Assembly: GCA_016432245.1 (NCBI GenBank)
Contig: CP066680.1
Coordinates: 106,446 to 170,445, forward strand
DNA length: 64,000 nucleotides
Source of the DNA: Deltaproteobacteria bacterium
Lineage (GTDB): Bacteria > Myxococcota > UBA727 > JABDBI01
Direction of reading: 5' to 3'
The notes beneath the pieces were generated by a model. That model was not told the origin of the DNA, ran no database searches, and worked only from the letters and a program-made list of their open reading frames with translations. Numbering within the stretch: the first letter of the stretch is position 1; every line of letters starts with the position of its first letter. Positions 38,966-53,063 of this stretch are shown here, piece after piece. The translations under genes and the position numbers were made by a program.

Positions 38966-41464
38966 ATGAAAATAAACCTAATTTATGCGGTTGTAAACTA
39001 CTTTGTTTTTATAACGGTTGCTGCTAGTAGTTGTTTTGTTATTATATTTAAGCATTATTATGATAAAATAGAGTTATTGGATGTAGCTGTTTATCAAACT
39101 TATCGTCCGGCAGAAGATACTAAGATTTATGATAATGCAGGTAGGTATATGATGCAGTACGGGCAAGAGAGAAGGACTTTAGTTTCTCTTGACGATATTC
39201 CAAATCATGTAATATGTGCATTTGTAGCAGCGGAAGATTCTCGATTTTATGCTCATAACGGAGTCGACTTTAAAGCTTTGTTTAGAGCTGTTTTGTGTGA
39301 AATAAGATACCAATTTACAGGAAGGGGCAGAAGCGGAGGGAGCACAATAACTCAACAATTGATGAAATCAATTATTCCTAAACACCCTGTAAATATAAAA
39401 AAAGGAGAATATGCTTCTAAATTTTTACGAGATAGGTTGTTTAAAAAAAAAAAAACTGCAAAGAGAAATTATTTTACAAAGTTGGTGGAGATGAAATACG
39501 CACAAAAAATGGAAACTATGTACAGCAAAGAAGAGATCTTGGAAAAATATTTAAATGAAATATATTTTGGTTATGAGGTGTATGGCATAGAAGAAGCAGC
39601 TCGTTTTTATTTTGGAGTGAATGTTTTTGATTTAACTTTATCGCAAGCGTCAATTTTAGCTTGTATACCAAAAGCACCTAGTGTAATAAATCCTCATAGA
39701 AATAAGGAGAGATTGAGAATAAGGCAAAAGTATGTATTAACGCGAATGTTTCTAGATAATTATATAACAAAGGAAGAGGCTAAGAAGGCATTTATGGAAG
39801 GAATTAATGTTATTCCAAAAGTACCTCATCATGAAGAAGGAAGTTATTATTACACTTATCCAATATTGTCTTATTTCAAGGAACTCATAGGAGATATACA
39901 GTTAAGAGTTAGGGGGATCGATATATATACAGCAGCAGATATGCGAATTCAAAAAATAGCAACACATGCCCTTAGGAGTGGGCTTGAAGCAATAGATAAA
40001 CGACAGGGTATTTTTAGAGGTCCTTTAAAGAAGATTACTAAGCATGGATATGATGAGTGGAAGAAAACAGCAAGGCAGAAGCCTATGGTAAAAGAAGATG
40101 TGAAGGGGATTATTCGAAAGATAAATGATGATAAAGGGATGGCGATTGTAGAAATTGGGATTCAAAAGTATGGGGTTCTTTTTTTTTCAGATATGCAATG
40201 GATTAAAGAATACCGTATTTATTTAAGGGGAAAAATTATAAAAAAGATTAATTCAAAATCATTTAAGAAAATGGGTGATCTTTTTAAGGTAGGGGATATA
40301 ATATCTGTTAAAATTGAAAGAGTATGTCCCGTAACTGTTTTGTCAATTAATCAGGATCCATTAATTCAAGGTGCTCTTGTTGCGCAGAATCCTCTTAATC
40401 ATAAGGTACTTGCTTTAGTAGGGGGGTATGATAAGTGTTCATTTGGTTTTAACCGAGCTCTAAAGGCTTATCGACAAGCTGGATCTTCTTTTAAACCATT
40501 AATATACGCAGCAGCAATTGATAAAGGAATTATAGAGCAAGATACATTAATAGACGACTCTCCTAGAAAATATGGAACATGGGAACCTCAAAATTATAAT
40601 AAGAAGTATCTTGGTTATATTACAGTTAGAGAGTGTTTGACTAAGTCAATTAATATGTGTTGTTTACAGGTTTTAGAAGATGTTGGACTTGATCCTTTAA
40701 TAAGTTTTGCAAAAAGAATAGAAAATCTAAAAAAAGAATCATTTATTCAAAGGAATTTGACTTTAGCATTTGGAGCATGTGATGTAAATCCTTTATATCA
40801 TGTAAATGCATATTCTATTTTTCCATCGGGAGGAGTTATTTCAGAGCCAATTTTACTTAAAGAGGCAAGAAGAAAAGATGACACATTAATAGTAAAAACA
40901 GCAAGAAGAAAAGGCAAGAGAGTTTTAAGGGAAGAAAGTGCTTTTATCATTTTGGATATGTTAAAAGGTAGTGTGGGAAAGACAGCAATAAAAGAGATAG
41001 GTGGCCCGATTGCAGGAAAGTCTGGGACTTCTAATAATTATAGAAGCACATGGTTTGTTGGATTTTCTCAAGACATTGTAGCAGGAGTATATATTGGATA
41101 TGACAATAATTTGCCCTTAAAAGATAATGAATATGGAAGCAGAACTGCAAAACCTATCTGGATAGAGTTTATGAGGAAGGCTGCTGTGCATTATCCTTTA
41201 AGAGATTTTTGGATTCCCAAATGGATTGAGTGGAAATTAATTAACAGAGAAACTCCATTAATATCCACATCTGAAAATTTAGAAGATTATTTAGGGGAAT
41301 TCTTTTACGATATGGATCAGTGGATTTTAAAATATAAGAAACGAAAAATTTTAAATGATGAAGATGATGAAGATGATGATAATGAACCAGGATATAGGTA
41401 TCGAAAAATTACTATAAAAACAGATTTTGAGATTGCGGTTGGGGCTTTCCTTCAAAAGAATTGA
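38966..41464 (+). CDS. mrcA: penicillin-binding protein 1A (bifunctional transglycosylase/transpeptidase)
   Basis: 832 aa. It has an N-terminal TM helix, GT51 motifs ([26 protein letters not shown]) and a transpeptidase STFKP-like motif ([11 protein letters not shown]). Confidence 0.85.
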   Translation: MKINLIYAVVNYFVFITVAASSCFVIIFKHYYDKIELLDVAVYQTYRPAEDTKIYDNAGRYMMQYGQERRTLVSLDDIPNHVICAFVAAEDSRFYAHNGVDFKALFRAVLCEIRYQFTGRGRSGGSTITQQLMKSIIPKHPVNIKKGEYASKFLRDRLFKKKKTAKRNYFTKLVEMKYAQKMETMYSKEEILEKYLNEIYFGYEVYGIEEAARFYFGVNVFDLTLSQASILACIPKAPSVINPHRNKERLRIRQKYVLTRMFLDNYITKEEAKKAFMEGINVIPKVPHHEEGSYYYTYPILSYFKELIGDIQLRVRGIDIYTAADMRIQKIATHALRSGLEAIDKRQGIFRGPLKKITKHGYDEWKKTARQKPMVKEDVKGIIRKINDDKGMAIVEIGIQKYGVLFFSDMQWIKEYRIYLRGKIIKKINSKSFKKMGDLFKVGDIISVKIERVCPVTVLSINQDPLIQGALVAQNPLNHKVLALVGGYDKCSFGFNRALKAYRQAGSSFKPLIYAAAIDKGIIEQDTLIDDSPRKYGTWEPQNYNKKYLGYITVRECLTKSINMCCLQVLEDVGLDPLISFAKRIENLKKESFIQRNLTLAFGACDVNPLYHVNAYSIFPSGGVISEPILLKEARRKDDTLIVKTARRKGKRVLREESAFIILDMLKGSVGKTAIKEIGGPIAGKSGTSNNYRSTWFVGFSQDIVAGVYIGYDNNLPLKDNEYGSRTAKPIWIEFMRKAAVHYPLRDFWIPKWIEWKLINRETPLISTSENLEDYLGEFFYDMDQWILKYKKRKILNDEDDEDDDNEPGYRYRKITIKTDFEIAVGAFLQKN

Positions 41465-41471
41465 TAAAATA

Positions 41472-41801
41472 ATGAGAAAAAAAACTTGCAGTATTGTGAA
41501 AAAAAGGCATAATATACTTATGGATAATATTAAGATAAATGAAAGTGAAAAAGAGTTTAAATTGGAAAAAAATGATGAGATAGAGGTTGAAAAAGAAAAT
41601 AATCTGGATTTTTTTGTTCAAAATAAATTAAAAGTCGATTATCATGATCCAGATATATTAAAAAAATTTTTATCAACAGATGGTAAAATCCTTCCAAGAA
41701 GACGCTCTGGATTGAATGCTAAAAATCAAAGAAGGGTTACTAAAGCGATTAAAAGAGCCCGTATATTAAGTATGTTGATGTATAAAAATTTAGATGCTTA
41801 A
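41472..41801 (+). CDS. rpsR: 30S ribosomal protein S18
   Basis: Start reassigned to the ATG at 41472. [47 protein letters not shown] matches the S18 core (…ISERGKILPRRITGxxAKxQRxLxxAIKRAR…). Confidence 0.75.
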   Translation: MRKKTCSIVKKRHNILMDNIKINESEKEFKLEKNDEIEVEKENNLDFFVQNKLKVDYHDPDILKKFLSTDGKILPRRRSGLNAKNQRRVTKAIKRARILSMLMYKNLDA

Positions 41802-42099
41802 TATCTATTTAAAAATCTTTATTAGAATATTGGGGCTTTTCATTGTATTAGCTATTATATATAAGTATTCAGAAGATTTATGGTTGCTTTATGATACAGT
41901 TTTTGATGCAGAAGTGGATGTGTCTTTTTTAAATTTTTTAATAGAGGAAAAAAAGAGGGAATTAAAGCTGATAGAAGGTCTTACATGGGATTCAATAGAT
42001 TTTTTGGAAAGAATGATAAGAAGCTTAAAAAAAATGGCAGGATATGATGAGTATATATTTAATTATTTACTGAGCATGGAGCGGAGCGGGCATGAATGA
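41794..42099 (+). CDS. hypothetical small membrane protein
   Basis: 101 aa with one N-terminal hydrophobic helix. It overlaps the rpsR stop and the tsaB start and could be spurious. Confidence 0.3.
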   Translation: MLNIYLKIFIRILGLFIVLAIIYKYSEDLWLLYDTVFDAEVDVSFLNFLIEEKKRELKLIEGLTWDSIDFLERMIRSLKKMAGYDEYIFNYLLSMERSGHE

Positions 42100-42610
42100 T
42101 AACTTTTACTGGCTAGTGGTGGACACCTCTTTTAAGGAGTCACTAGTTGTTATTGCGGAAGGGGAAAATATATTGCTAGAGGTAAAAGTTATACAAACTT
42201 TTAAAAGCTCTGAGAATTTAATCTATTACATTAAATATTTACTTTTGAGTATAGATATGGATTTTAGAAAAATTAATGGAATTGCAATTGGTCTTGGGCC
42301 AGGATCATATACAGGGATTAGAATAGGGCTTGCAGCCGTCAAGGGAGTTGCATTTCCTGATAGAATACCGATTTTAGGATTTAATTCTTTTGAAGGGATT
42401 GCAGGGAATGGAGCTGGTTATGTTGCTGTTCCTGCTACAAAGAATCAATATTACTTATGGAGAGCAGGATCTCAAGAATGCCCGATTATAACTTCAGCCT
42501 TACCAGATAATGTATATATTGAAAGAGTCGGGCTTAAAGGGAGTGTTATTGTTAAGAAAATTCCAAAAATCATTGAAAAACGTGACAGATATATTTCTTT
42601 TAGATCTTAA
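42092..42610 (+). CDS. tsaB: tRNA t6A biosynthesis protein TsaB (YeaZ)
   Basis: 172 aa (short). AIGLGPGSYTGIRIGLAAVKGVAF matches the TsaB GPGSFTGLRIG motif. Confidence 0.65.
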   Translation: MNDNFYWLVVDTSFKESLVVIAEGENILLEVKVIQTFKSSENLIYYIKYLLLSIDMDFRKINGIAIGLGPGSYTGIRIGLAAVKGVAFPDRIPILGFNSFEGIAGNGAGYVAVPATKNQYYLWRAGSQECPIITSALPDNVYIERVGLKGSVIVKKIPKIIEKRDRYISFRS

Positions 42611-42659
42611 AATTAATCATTGATAAATTTTAATTCTATTGTGATAATATTAAGATAAA

Positions 42660-42731
42660 GGGTCTGTAGCTCAGCGGTAGAGCACTCGGCTCATAACCGA
42701 ATGTGCGTAGGTTCAAATCCTGCCAGGCCCA
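42660..42731 (+). tRNA. tRNA-Met (anticodon CAU), elongator type; tRNA-Ile2 (lysidine) not excluded
   Basis: Acceptor GGGTCTG/CAGGCCC, D arm GCTC-AGCGGTA-GAGC, anticodon loop CTCATAA, T arm GTAGG-TTCAAAT-CCTGC. It has G1:C72 and lacks the 3 G:C anticodon-stem pairs of initiators. Confidence 0.7.
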
Positions 42732-42746
42732 TATTATTTATGAAAT

Positions 42747-43988
42747 ATGAATAATAATTTTAAAAATCAATATTTATTAGTGTTGGATTTGTTAAGATTA
42801 GAGCATTTAAGACAGTTAAATACTCTAAATTTGATTGCAAGTGAAAATTTCGTATCAAAGCCTATATTGCAAGCCATTGGAAGCTCTGTTGTGAATAAGT
42901 ATGCAGAAGGCTACCCTAGTAAGAGGTATTATGCAGGTTGTGAAAATATCGATGCAGTCGAAAAAGAAGCCATAGGACGTGCTAAGGATTTATTTCAAGC
43001 GGAGCATGTGAATGTTCAACCGCACTCAGGTACAAATGCTAATTTAGCAGTATATTTAGCTGCAATAAGACCAGGAGATAAAGTTTTGGCCATGAAATTA
43101 AATCATGGGGGGCATTTAAGTCATGGGTCAAAAATGGGCATGGCAGGTATGATTTATAAGTTTGTTTTTTATGGGGTTAATGATGAAACAGGGTACATTG
43201 ATTATAGTGAGCTTGAAAAGATAGCTATTCAAGAAAAGCCTCAAATTATCCTAGTAGGGGCCTCTGCGTATCCCAGGGTCATTGATTTTGAAAGGATTGC
43301 ATTTATATGCAAGAAGGTAAATGCCAAATTTTGGGTTGATATGGCGCATATTGCTGGACTTGTTGCTTCTGGGATGCATATATCACCTATTCCATACGCC
43401 GATTTTATTACTAGCACTACGCATAAAACGTTAAGGGGCCCAAGAGGCGGTTTAATTTTGTGCAAGAAAGAATATGGACAAAAGGTGGATTCAAGTGTCT
43501 TTCCGGGAGTACAGGGAGGTCCCTTGATGAATATGATTGCGGGTAAGGCAATATGCTTTGGGGAAGCTATGTGTAAGGAATTTCGAGATTATCAGAAGAA
43601 AGTTTTAGAAAATGCACAGGCGTTGGCTTGTCAATTTGCATTAGAACGATTTGAAATGCAAACTAATGGTACAGATACTCATCTAATTTTGCTAAATATA
43701 GGCAGATACAGACATGATGCAAGTAAAGCTGAAGAGGAATTGTCTAAAATAAGAATTGTTGTTAATCGAAATTTAATGCCAAACCAGAAGAGAATGGGAA
43801 TTAGGCTTGGAAGTGCAGCAATTAGTACACAGGGCTTTGGAGTTATAGAATCAGCTTTTATTTCACACTTAATAGGCCAGGCTTTAATGCATAAAAGAGA
43901 TATTTCTCTTTATTCAAGAGTTTTGAAATTGATAGATAGACGCCTATTGAGTGTGGAATTTGATGAGTTATCTAGTTTTCTGATATAA
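42747..43988 (+). CDS. glyA: serine hydroxymethyltransferase
   Basis: 413 aa. It has the PLP-lysine region (TTHKTLRGPRGG) and GGHLSHG. Confidence 0.9.
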   Translation: MNNNFKNQYLLVLDLLRLEHLRQLNTLNLIASENFVSKPILQAIGSSVVNKYAEGYPSKRYYAGCENIDAVEKEAIGRAKDLFQAEHVNVQPHSGTNANLAVYLAAIRPGDKVLAMKLNHGGHLSHGSKMGMAGMIYKFVFYGVNDETGYIDYSELEKIAIQEKPQIILVGASAYPRVIDFERIAFICKKVNAKFWVDMAHIAGLVASGMHISPIPYADFITSTTHKTLRGPRGGLILCKKEYGQKVDSSVFPGVQGGPLMNMIAGKAICFGEAMCKEFRDYQKKVLENAQALACQFALERFEMQTNGTDTHLILLNIGRYRHDASKAEEELSKIRIVVNRNLMPNQKRMGIRLGSAAISTQGFGVIESAFISHLIGQALMHKRDISLYSRVLKLIDRRLLSVEFDELSSFLI

Positions 43989-45051
43989 TGATTTGCACAA
44001 ACTTGTGTAAATCTATTTTCCCGTTCCATTTTTTTGGAATGAGATTTATTCGCTTTCCTATTTTAGAAGGAGTGTTTTGGTTTAATATGATTAATTCGGG
44101 AAGCCCAATCACTTTAAATGTTTTAGCGATTTCTTCATTTAAAGAGGCAAATGAAAGATCTACCTGGATTAATTCATAGTTGTATTTTTTGAGGATGGAG
44201 AGAAATTCCATATTGTGAAGAATCTCTTCATGTAGTTGCATGCAAGATTCGCACCAGGAGGCGCCAAAGCTTAACAGTATTTTCTTGTTGCTTTTTTTTG
44301 CATCTTTTATTTTGCTAATAACCTCTCGATATGTATCATCCTTCGCAGAAGATTGGTAGCTTTCAAAGGCATGAAATGCATCAAGTGAATATATTGTTAC
44401 AGACCAAAGCATTGTTAAGCTCATAAATAGTTTTATGTAATCAAGCCATACGCCGGTGCGTGGCATCTTTTTAAATGAAGACTGAAAAAAGCCAAGAAGC
44501 ATATAGGGAATGGCTATACCTAGGCAGTAGAAAAAAAGAAGAATAGAGCCCTTTACAAATTCATTATTTAATGCTATTAGTGATAAAATGTTTGCAAGTG
44601 CTGGGCCAGTACATGGTAAAGAAGATGTGCAGGTGACAATTCCTGATAAAAAGATTGTCCAAGCACCGTTTGTTTTTTTTGTAGACATATTTAGTAAAGT
44701 AGAAGGGATGCGTACAGCAGCTTCTTCTGAGAAAAAAGCTAAGTATCCATTAATTGCGATTAGCAAGCATGGCATGAACGGGCCTTGGAAGAGATTTCTA
44801 CTAGTAATTCCTGCAAATGCGAAAATCGCAGCAACAAAAAAATTTACAAGGCAAATTCCAAGCGTAAAGATTGTAAATATATAAACTGTTTTTGATCTAG
44901 TTGTACACTGGGCGGCGATGACGGAGATGGCAGATGCCAAAAGCGGAATCAAGGGGTAAATGCAGGGAGCTAGTATCGTGCTTAGTCCAGAATAAAAACT
45001 ATAAACAATTAAGCCAACATTAAATGAGTCATTTATCATATAATTCTCCAA
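43972..45051 (-). CDS. CcdA/DsbD-family thiol-disulfide transporter fused to a C-terminal thioredoxin domain
   Basis: 359 aa. It has two membrane Cys motifs (ILAPCIYPLIP, SLPCTGPALA) and a C-terminal CxxC thioredoxin (FGASWCESC). Confidence 0.65.
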   Translation of the reverse strand: MENYMINDSFNVGLIVYSFYSGLSTILAPCIYPLIPLLASAISVIAAQCTTRSKTVYIFTIFTLGICLVNFFVAAIFAFAGITSRNLFQGPFMPCLLIAINGYLAFFSEEAAVRIPSTLLNMSTKKTNGAWTIFLSGIVTCTSSLPCTGPALANILSLIALNNEFVKGSILLFFYCLGIAIPYMLLGFFQSSFKKMPRTGVWLDYIKLFMSLTMLWSVTIYSLDAFHAFESYQSSAKDDTYREVISKIKDAKKSNKKILLSFGASWCESCMQLHEEILHNMEFLSILKKYNYELIQVDLSFASLNEEIAKTFKVIGLPELIILNQNTPSKIGKRINLIPKKWNGKIDLHKFVQIIISEN

Positions 45052-45113
45052 AATAGGTAAGATTAAAAAACATAATATTTTATTATAGCATGTTTTTTTT
45101 TAAAGTCAAGAGG

Positions 45114-45953
45114 TTAGCCATAAAATTCCATTTTTATTTTATTTTTTGGGATTTTGCATGAAGTAAGAATAAATGATATAAATTCTACAAATTTGGAAGG
45201 AAGTGCAATTCCAAGTTTATTGCTTCTTCTTTTTTCCCATCTATTATTAGATGCTCCACATACAAAAATAGCAATAACGTTATTGTTTATGACATATTGT
45301 GAAATTATTTTTGTCAAATCGTTTTTCGAAAAATTAAAATTTTCTTTAGTATAGATATTAAGCATTTTGAATCTTTTAGGGTATAAAGACTCTAGTTTTT
45401 GTAAAGTTGAAAAAAACAATGTATTTTTCAGTGTTTTATTTATATAAATTAATATATGTTGTGTGGTGGCAAGTCGGTTTTGAAACAAATCGTATTTTAA
45501 AATAGAAAGACTTGGAATGATTCCTGATCCAGAAATAATATGAATAATACAGGAATTGGCAGGAACATTTAAAGGTAACATATAATTTCCACTATATTCA
45601 GAAAAATAAATGTACCTATTTTTCATAAAAGAAGAAGCTAAGAAAGGAGAAAGCATCGGAGGGTATTCAGTTTCTTTTCTAAAGTTTTCAATTTTAATAG
45701 TAAGAATAATAAAAGACTCTAATGGGCTGGAGAGGAGAGAGTAAGCCCTAGCGCTTTCTTTTCTTTTTTTTATTTGTTCAAAAAATAATAATGTATCTGA
45801 CAATTCTTGAAATTGATATGGATCAATCGAGATAAATTGGCCAGCTATGTATCTTTTGTGTTTAGTTAAAATTTCAATGTATAGGGAAAATATATTAGCA
45901 GACTCTTTTATAACTTCCTTAACAAGACCTTTATTTAAGTTTTTTCTGAGCAT
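45114..45953 (-). CDS. FNR-family FAD/NAD(P)-binding oxidoreductase (ferredoxin/flavodoxin reductase-like)
   Basis: 279 aa. It has an RxYS FAD motif (ARAYSLLSS), a glycine-rich NAD(P) site (ISGSGIIPSLS), a FVCG motif and a C-terminal aromatic (EFYG). Confidence 0.45.
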   Translation of the reverse strand: MLRKNLNKGLVKEVIKESANIFSLYIEILTKHKRYIAGQFISIDPYQFQELSDTLLFFEQIKKRKESARAYSLLSSPLESFIILTIKIENFRKETEYPPMLSPFLASSFMKNRYIYFSEYSGNYMLPLNVPANSCIIHIISGSGIIPSLSILKYDLFQNRLATTQHILIYINKTLKNTLFFSTLQKLESLYPKRFKMLNIYTKENFNFSKNDLTKIISQYVINNNVIAIFVCGASNNRWEKRRSNKLGIALPSKFVEFISFILTSCKIPKNKIKMEFYG

Positions 45954-45981
45954 ATTACAAGTAGTGAATAATTTAATTTAG

Positions 45982-48423
<2,442 letters not shown>

Positions 48424-48443
48424 AATAAATTCACGGAGTTTCT

Positions 48444-50180
48444 ATGAAAATAAAAGATGTAATAAAGCATTTAAGAAAAAAAGTAGATTTATTAAAAATA
48501 ATTGGAAGAGTTGTTGAACTAAAAAAAAGAGGCAAATATTATATGGGATTATGCCCGTTTCATGCAGAATCTAAGCCTTCTTTTGTGGTTTCAGACAATG
48601 GTTTTTTTAAATGTTATGGATGCGGAGCTTTTGGAGATGGCTTTACCTTTTTGGAAAAACATACCAAACAATCATTTGTAAATATAGTAAAAACATTAGC
48701 ACATGAGTATGGAGTACAGCTTGCGATTGGCGAAAATAGAAAATTTGAAAGTGAGACATTAGAAATAAACAACAATAAAATGCAAATATGTTTTAAGGAA
48801 AACATGCAAAGCAAGCCCTTAGATTATCTTGTTAATGAAAGAAGATATCCTATAAGTCTTATTCGAAAATTTGGAATAGGCTATGGCGGAAATAGTGCTT
48901 TATTTAAAAATAGAATTACTTTTCCGATTCGAGATCAACGAGGGTTTTTAGTCGCATTTGGAGGACGATCCATTCTAAATCAGTTAGGGCCTAAATATAT
49001 AAATAGTTCAAGTAATCACTTTTATGACAAGTCTAAAATACTATATGGATTATACGAATCAATACCGATGATAAAAAAAAATAAGATGGCTGTATTAGTC
49101 GAAGGTTACTTTGATGTGATTGCATTGCGCAGTATGTTTATACCTGCAATTTCAAGTTGTGGAATTGGTTTTTCGAAAGATCATGCAGACTTATTATGGA
49201 ATTATACAGATAAAGTAATTTTATGTTTAGACCAAGATATATCAGGGCAGAAAGCATATGAAAAAAATTTATTAATTTTAATAGCGCGGGGCTTTACAGT
49301 ATATGTTGCTAAACTAGAGCGGAAAGATCCAGACGAAATGTGGCAAGAAAAGAGATATGAAGAACTAAAGATGAGTGTACTAAATGCTTCTGATGCATTA
49401 ATCTATCAAATTCAGAAAACACTGTTGGAAGGTTGTGGAGGGGTGAATTTTAGAATTTGTGCTATTAGAAATTTGCTTAAATTTATAAGAGCGATAAAAG
49501 ATCCTTTTATACTGGAAAAATATTTATCCATAGCTTCTGATATCTTGCAGGAAAGCAAGGAAAATCTTGTTCAATTGCTCAAAGAAGGGTTCAAGCAAAA
49601 AGATGATTTTATAGTCAGAGCAGATAAGTGGACGGACGCAGAAAAGTTATTATTGCAGGTTGCGATTCTATATCCAGAATTAATTAGAGAGCGGCATGAA
49701 GTATTAGATGTTAAAGTAAATTCAGAATTAAGCGAAACTCTTGTAGCAATATGTTCAAAGCGAGATCTTCTTAATATTGAAACAAAGCAGTATTCTGATC
49801 TTGCTATGGCAACTTCTCAATTATGGGATCAAGATTACCATGAGATATCTTATGAATTTGCACAAGAAATAATTGAGGACTGGATAATGAAAGGGAAAAA
49901 AAAAGGATATAGAGATACCTATGTTGAAATTCAAAAAGGAATATATGAGGCTACCAAAGAAAAAAATTTAGAAAAAGTGCTAAAGCATTTAAAAATTCAA
50001 AATAATTTAATTCTTTCTCAGGCCGCGATAGAAAAAGCTAAATTACTTGAACAAGAGCAAGAATTTGAAAGAAGGTTTAGAATGAATAATAATTATCATG
50101 TAGACGGACTGTGCTCTGAAAATGATGAATGCAATTATGAATATGATGAATATGTCAATTTTGAATTTCATGAAAAATAA
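48444..50180 (+). CDS. dnaG: DNA primase
   Basis: 578 aa. It has the zinc-binding CPFHAESKPSFVV…CYGCG and a Toprim core (EGYFDVIAL). Confidence 0.85.
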   Translation: MKIKDVIKHLRKKVDLLKIIGRVVELKKRGKYYMGLCPFHAESKPSFVVSDNGFFKCYGCGAFGDGFTFLEKHTKQSFVNIVKTLAHEYGVQLAIGENRKFESETLEINNNKMQICFKENMQSKPLDYLVNERRYPISLIRKFGIGYGGNSALFKNRITFPIRDQRGFLVAFGGRSILNQLGPKYINSSSNHFYDKSKILYGLYESIPMIKKNKMAVLVEGYFDVIALRSMFIPAISSCGIGFSKDHADLLWNYTDKVILCLDQDISGQKAYEKNLLILIARGFTVYVAKLERKDPDEMWQEKRYEELKMSVLNASDALIYQIQKTLLEGCGGVNFRICAIRNLLKFIRAIKDPFILEKYLSIASDILQESKENLVQLLKEGFKQKDDFIVRADKWTDAEKLLLQVAILYPELIRERHEVLDVKVNSELSETLVAICSKRDLLNIETKQYSDLAMATSQLWDQDYHEISYEFAQEIIEDWIMKGKKKGYRDTYVEIQKGIYEATKEKNLEKVLKHLKIQNNLILSQAAIEKAKLLEQEQEFERRFRMNNNYHVDGLCSENDECNYEYDEYVNFEFHEK

Positions 50181-50191
50181 AATGAAAACAT

Positions 50192-52009
50192 ATGATTAAA
50201 AGAGAAATGAAGATAGAGGCGGAAAAAGGCAATTTAGAGGTCTATATGCAAAAGAGTGAACAAAGAAGTGTTAATCGGAAACAAGAAGTCATACCAATCT
50301 ATGAAAGGAAGGAGGTTTTAAAATTAATTGATTACGGAAAATTAAAGAAAAAAATAAACTTAGATTATATAAATGATGTTTTAAGTAAAGATTTATTAAA
50401 GATGGGAGACTTAGAAGATTTGATAGTCTGCTTATTAGAAGCGAACATAGAGATTATAGATAATGACTCAAAGTTTGAAATTAAAGATAGTTTAGAAGAT
50501 ATTCTATCAGAAGTAGAAATTGGGGACACTGTAGATGGTGATGCAATGGATCCTGTTCGGATTTATTTACAAAAAATGAGTTCAGTAAGTTTACTTAATA
50601 GGGAAGGAGAAATATTTATTTCGAAGGTAATTGAAGAGGGAGAAAGGGAAGTCGCACATGCAGTTTTAGGAACACCGATTTGTTTATTTGAAATTTTAGA
50701 CTTGGGATTTCGATTAAAAATGGGAAAAATTCGCGTTAAGGAAATTGTTAAAGAAAACGAACCTGGAGAAGATGGACAGACAGTCGATTTTGATGAGCCA
50801 TTTGTTACAGAAAAAACATTAAAACTTATAAATAAGTTAAAGACATATAAACAAAGTTATTATGATTTATTTCCGACTAAGGCATTTGAATTATTGGTAG
50901 AAATGAAGGTAAATAAGCGACAAATCGAAAGAATTGTGCAAAAAATAAAGATTTTGATAAGAAGAGTGAATCGTATAGAGTATGATTTGCAAACTATAGA
51001 GCGTAGAATTAGTATGCCTATATGTGATTATTTAGAATATTTAAACAGTTCTATTAAAGGCACATGCGATTATGATTTGTTTATTGAAAATTTAAATGCT
51101 GATCATAAATTGATTGAAGAATGGAATACATATATTATGAATAGGATATTCAGAGCAAGAAAAATAGAGGAAGACGCATTTGTTAATATAGAGACATTGA
51201 AGAAATCATATTTGTTAATTCAGCAAGGCGAAAATAAAGCCAATAAAGCTAAGCAGCAATTAATAGAAGCAAATTTAAGGTTAGTTGTTTCTATTGCTAA
51301 AAGGTATAAGCATCGAGGTTTGCAATTTTTAGACTTAATTCAAGAAGGAAACATAGGGTTAATGAAGGCAGTCGAAAAATTTGAATATAGACGTGGTTAT
51401 AAGTTTTCAACGTATGCAACTTGGTGGATTCGACAGGCTATCACTAGAGCGATTGCAGATCAAGCACGGACAATTCGCGTACCTGTACACATGATAGAGA
51501 CTTTAAATAGATTCTCTAGAATTAATAGATATTTATATCAAGAGCTTGGAAGAGAACCTACACCAGAGGAAATTTCTAATAAGATGGATATATCTATTGA
51601 GAAGATTCATAAACTTCTTAAAATATCAAAAGAGCCAATTTCAATAGAGACACCATTAGGGGAAGAAGAGGATGGAAGCAATCTACTTGGTGATTTTTTA
51701 GAAGATAAAGATAGTATATCTCAGGTAGATGCGGTAACAAATTTAAGTTTAAATGAAGAGGTTCGAAAGATTCTTGAAACGTTAACACATCGAGAAGAGA
51801 AAGTTTTACGAATGAGATTTGGAATAGGAGAAAAATCAGATCATACGCTAGAAGAGGTTGGTCAAGATTTTGAGGTTACAAGAGAAAGAATTCGACAAAT
51901 AGAGGCAAAGGCATTAAGAAAGTTAAGGCATCCTTCTCGTTCGCAAAAATTAGAAATATTTTCTGAACAATCTAATAAAAAAGATAAACAGATTAAAGGA
52001 AAGAAATAG
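50192..52009 (+). CDS. rpoD: RNA polymerase sigma-70 factor RpoD (long, with region 1.1 and a non-conserved insert)
   Basis: 605 aa. Region 1.2 [26 protein letters not shown], region 2 [25 protein letters not shown] and region 4 are all present. Confidence 0.9.
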   Translation: MIKREMKIEAEKGNLEVYMQKSEQRSVNRKQEVIPIYERKEVLKLIDYGKLKKKINLDYINDVLSKDLLKMGDLEDLIVCLLEANIEIIDNDSKFEIKDSLEDILSEVEIGDTVDGDAMDPVRIYLQKMSSVSLLNREGEIFISKVIEEGEREVAHAVLGTPICLFEILDLGFRLKMGKIRVKEIVKENEPGEDGQTVDFDEPFVTEKTLKLINKLKTYKQSYYDLFPTKAFELLVEMKVNKRQIERIVQKIKILIRRVNRIEYDLQTIERRISMPICDYLEYLNSSIKGTCDYDLFIENLNADHKLIEEWNTYIMNRIFRARKIEEDAFVNIETLKKSYLLIQQGENKANKAKQQLIEANLRLVVSIAKRYKHRGLQFLDLIQEGNIGLMKAVEKFEYRRGYKFSTYATWWIRQAITRAIADQARTIRVPVHMIETLNRFSRINRYLYQELGREPTPEEISNKMDISIEKIHKLLKISKEPISIETPLGEEEDGSNLLGDFLEDKDSISQVDAVTNLSLNEEVRKILETLTHREEKVLRMRFGIGEKSDHTLEEVGQDFEVTRERIRQIEAKALRKLRHPSRSQKLEIFSEQSNKKDKQIKGKK

Positions 52010-52017
52010 TTACTTAT

Positions 52018-53058
52018 ATGAAGTTAATTTTGATTTTTGGGGGGCAAAGTTTAGAGCATAAAGTTTCTATTGCGACAGCCCAAAATATAAGCACGTCTTC
52101 TATGCTTAAATTTGATTATTGGTATTGGACGGAGAATGGTGAGGTATTAATTATTAAAAAAATAGATCTTAAACTGCATAGAAATCCCTTTAAGAAAGAT
52201 TTCCAACCTTTATTTGGTAATAGATATAAAAATATTAAGGATGCAATTATTCAAGAAAGTTCAGTGTTTGATGTTTTTATACTTGGGTTGCATGGGGGAG
52301 ATGGAGAGAATGGGCAATTTCAAAAATTATTAGAAAATTATAATCGAAAATATACAGGTTCAAAATCGAAAGCATGCCATTTGGCTATGAATAAAATAGT
52401 CTCCAGACTAATGATGGAGAAAGCGGGTTTGTGTATATCGCCTGCTTGTGCTTTTCAGGATTGTGAAGTTTCAATAAAAAAAAAAATTATATGGTTTTTT
52501 CTTTCTAAATTCACACAATTCGTTATTAAACCGGTTGCAGAAGGATCAAGTATTGGATGTTTTTTTCTATCATTTTTTCAAAAAGAAGAATTTTCATTAA
52601 ATATCACTAATCTTTTAGAAAAAAATTTAAATAAATCTTTTATTGAAACATTTATTGATGGAAGAGAGTTTACAGTCGGTGTTTATAATGAATTTGGGGT
52701 TATCCATTCACTAGTGCCAACTGAAATTTGTAAAAAGGCAGTAAAAATCGCCAATTATAAAGACAAATACTGGGGAAAATATATTGTAGAAAAAACACCA
52801 GCAGAAATACCTATTAGATTGTTGAAAAAGCTACAATTTATATCTAAAAAAGCCCATGTAAATATGGGATGCTATGGATATTCAAGAAGTGATATGATAT
52901 TAGATAGAAATGGAAATGTGTTTTATTTAGAAACCAATACTTTACCTGGATTGTCTAAGGTATCTTTATATCCACAGGCATTACATAACAAAGGAATCTC
53001 GATAGATGTTTTTTTGAAAAATCAGATTGAGATTACGCTTTCGCATGTTAAGAGGTAA
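52018..53058 (+). CDS. ddl: D-alanine--D-alanine ligase
   Basis: 346 aa. It has the N-terminal MKLILIFGGQSLEHKVSI and an ATP-grasp C-terminus (…FYLETNTLPGL…). Confidence 0.75.
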   Translation: MKLILIFGGQSLEHKVSIATAQNISTSSMLKFDYWYWTENGEVLIIKKIDLKLHRNPFKKDFQPLFGNRYKNIKDAIIQESSVFDVFILGLHGGDGENGQFQKLLENYNRKYTGSKSKACHLAMNKIVSRLMMEKAGLCISPACAFQDCEVSIKKKIIWFFLSKFTQFVIKPVAEGSSIGCFFLSFFQKEEFSLNITNLLEKNLNKSFIETFIDGREFTVGVYNEFGVIHSLVPTEICKKAVKIANYKDKYWGKYIVEKTPAEIPIRLLKKLQFISKKAHVNMGCYGYSRSDMILDRNGNVFYLETNTLPGLSKVSLYPQALHNKGISIDVFLKNQIEITLSHVKR

Positions 53059-53063
53059 TATTT

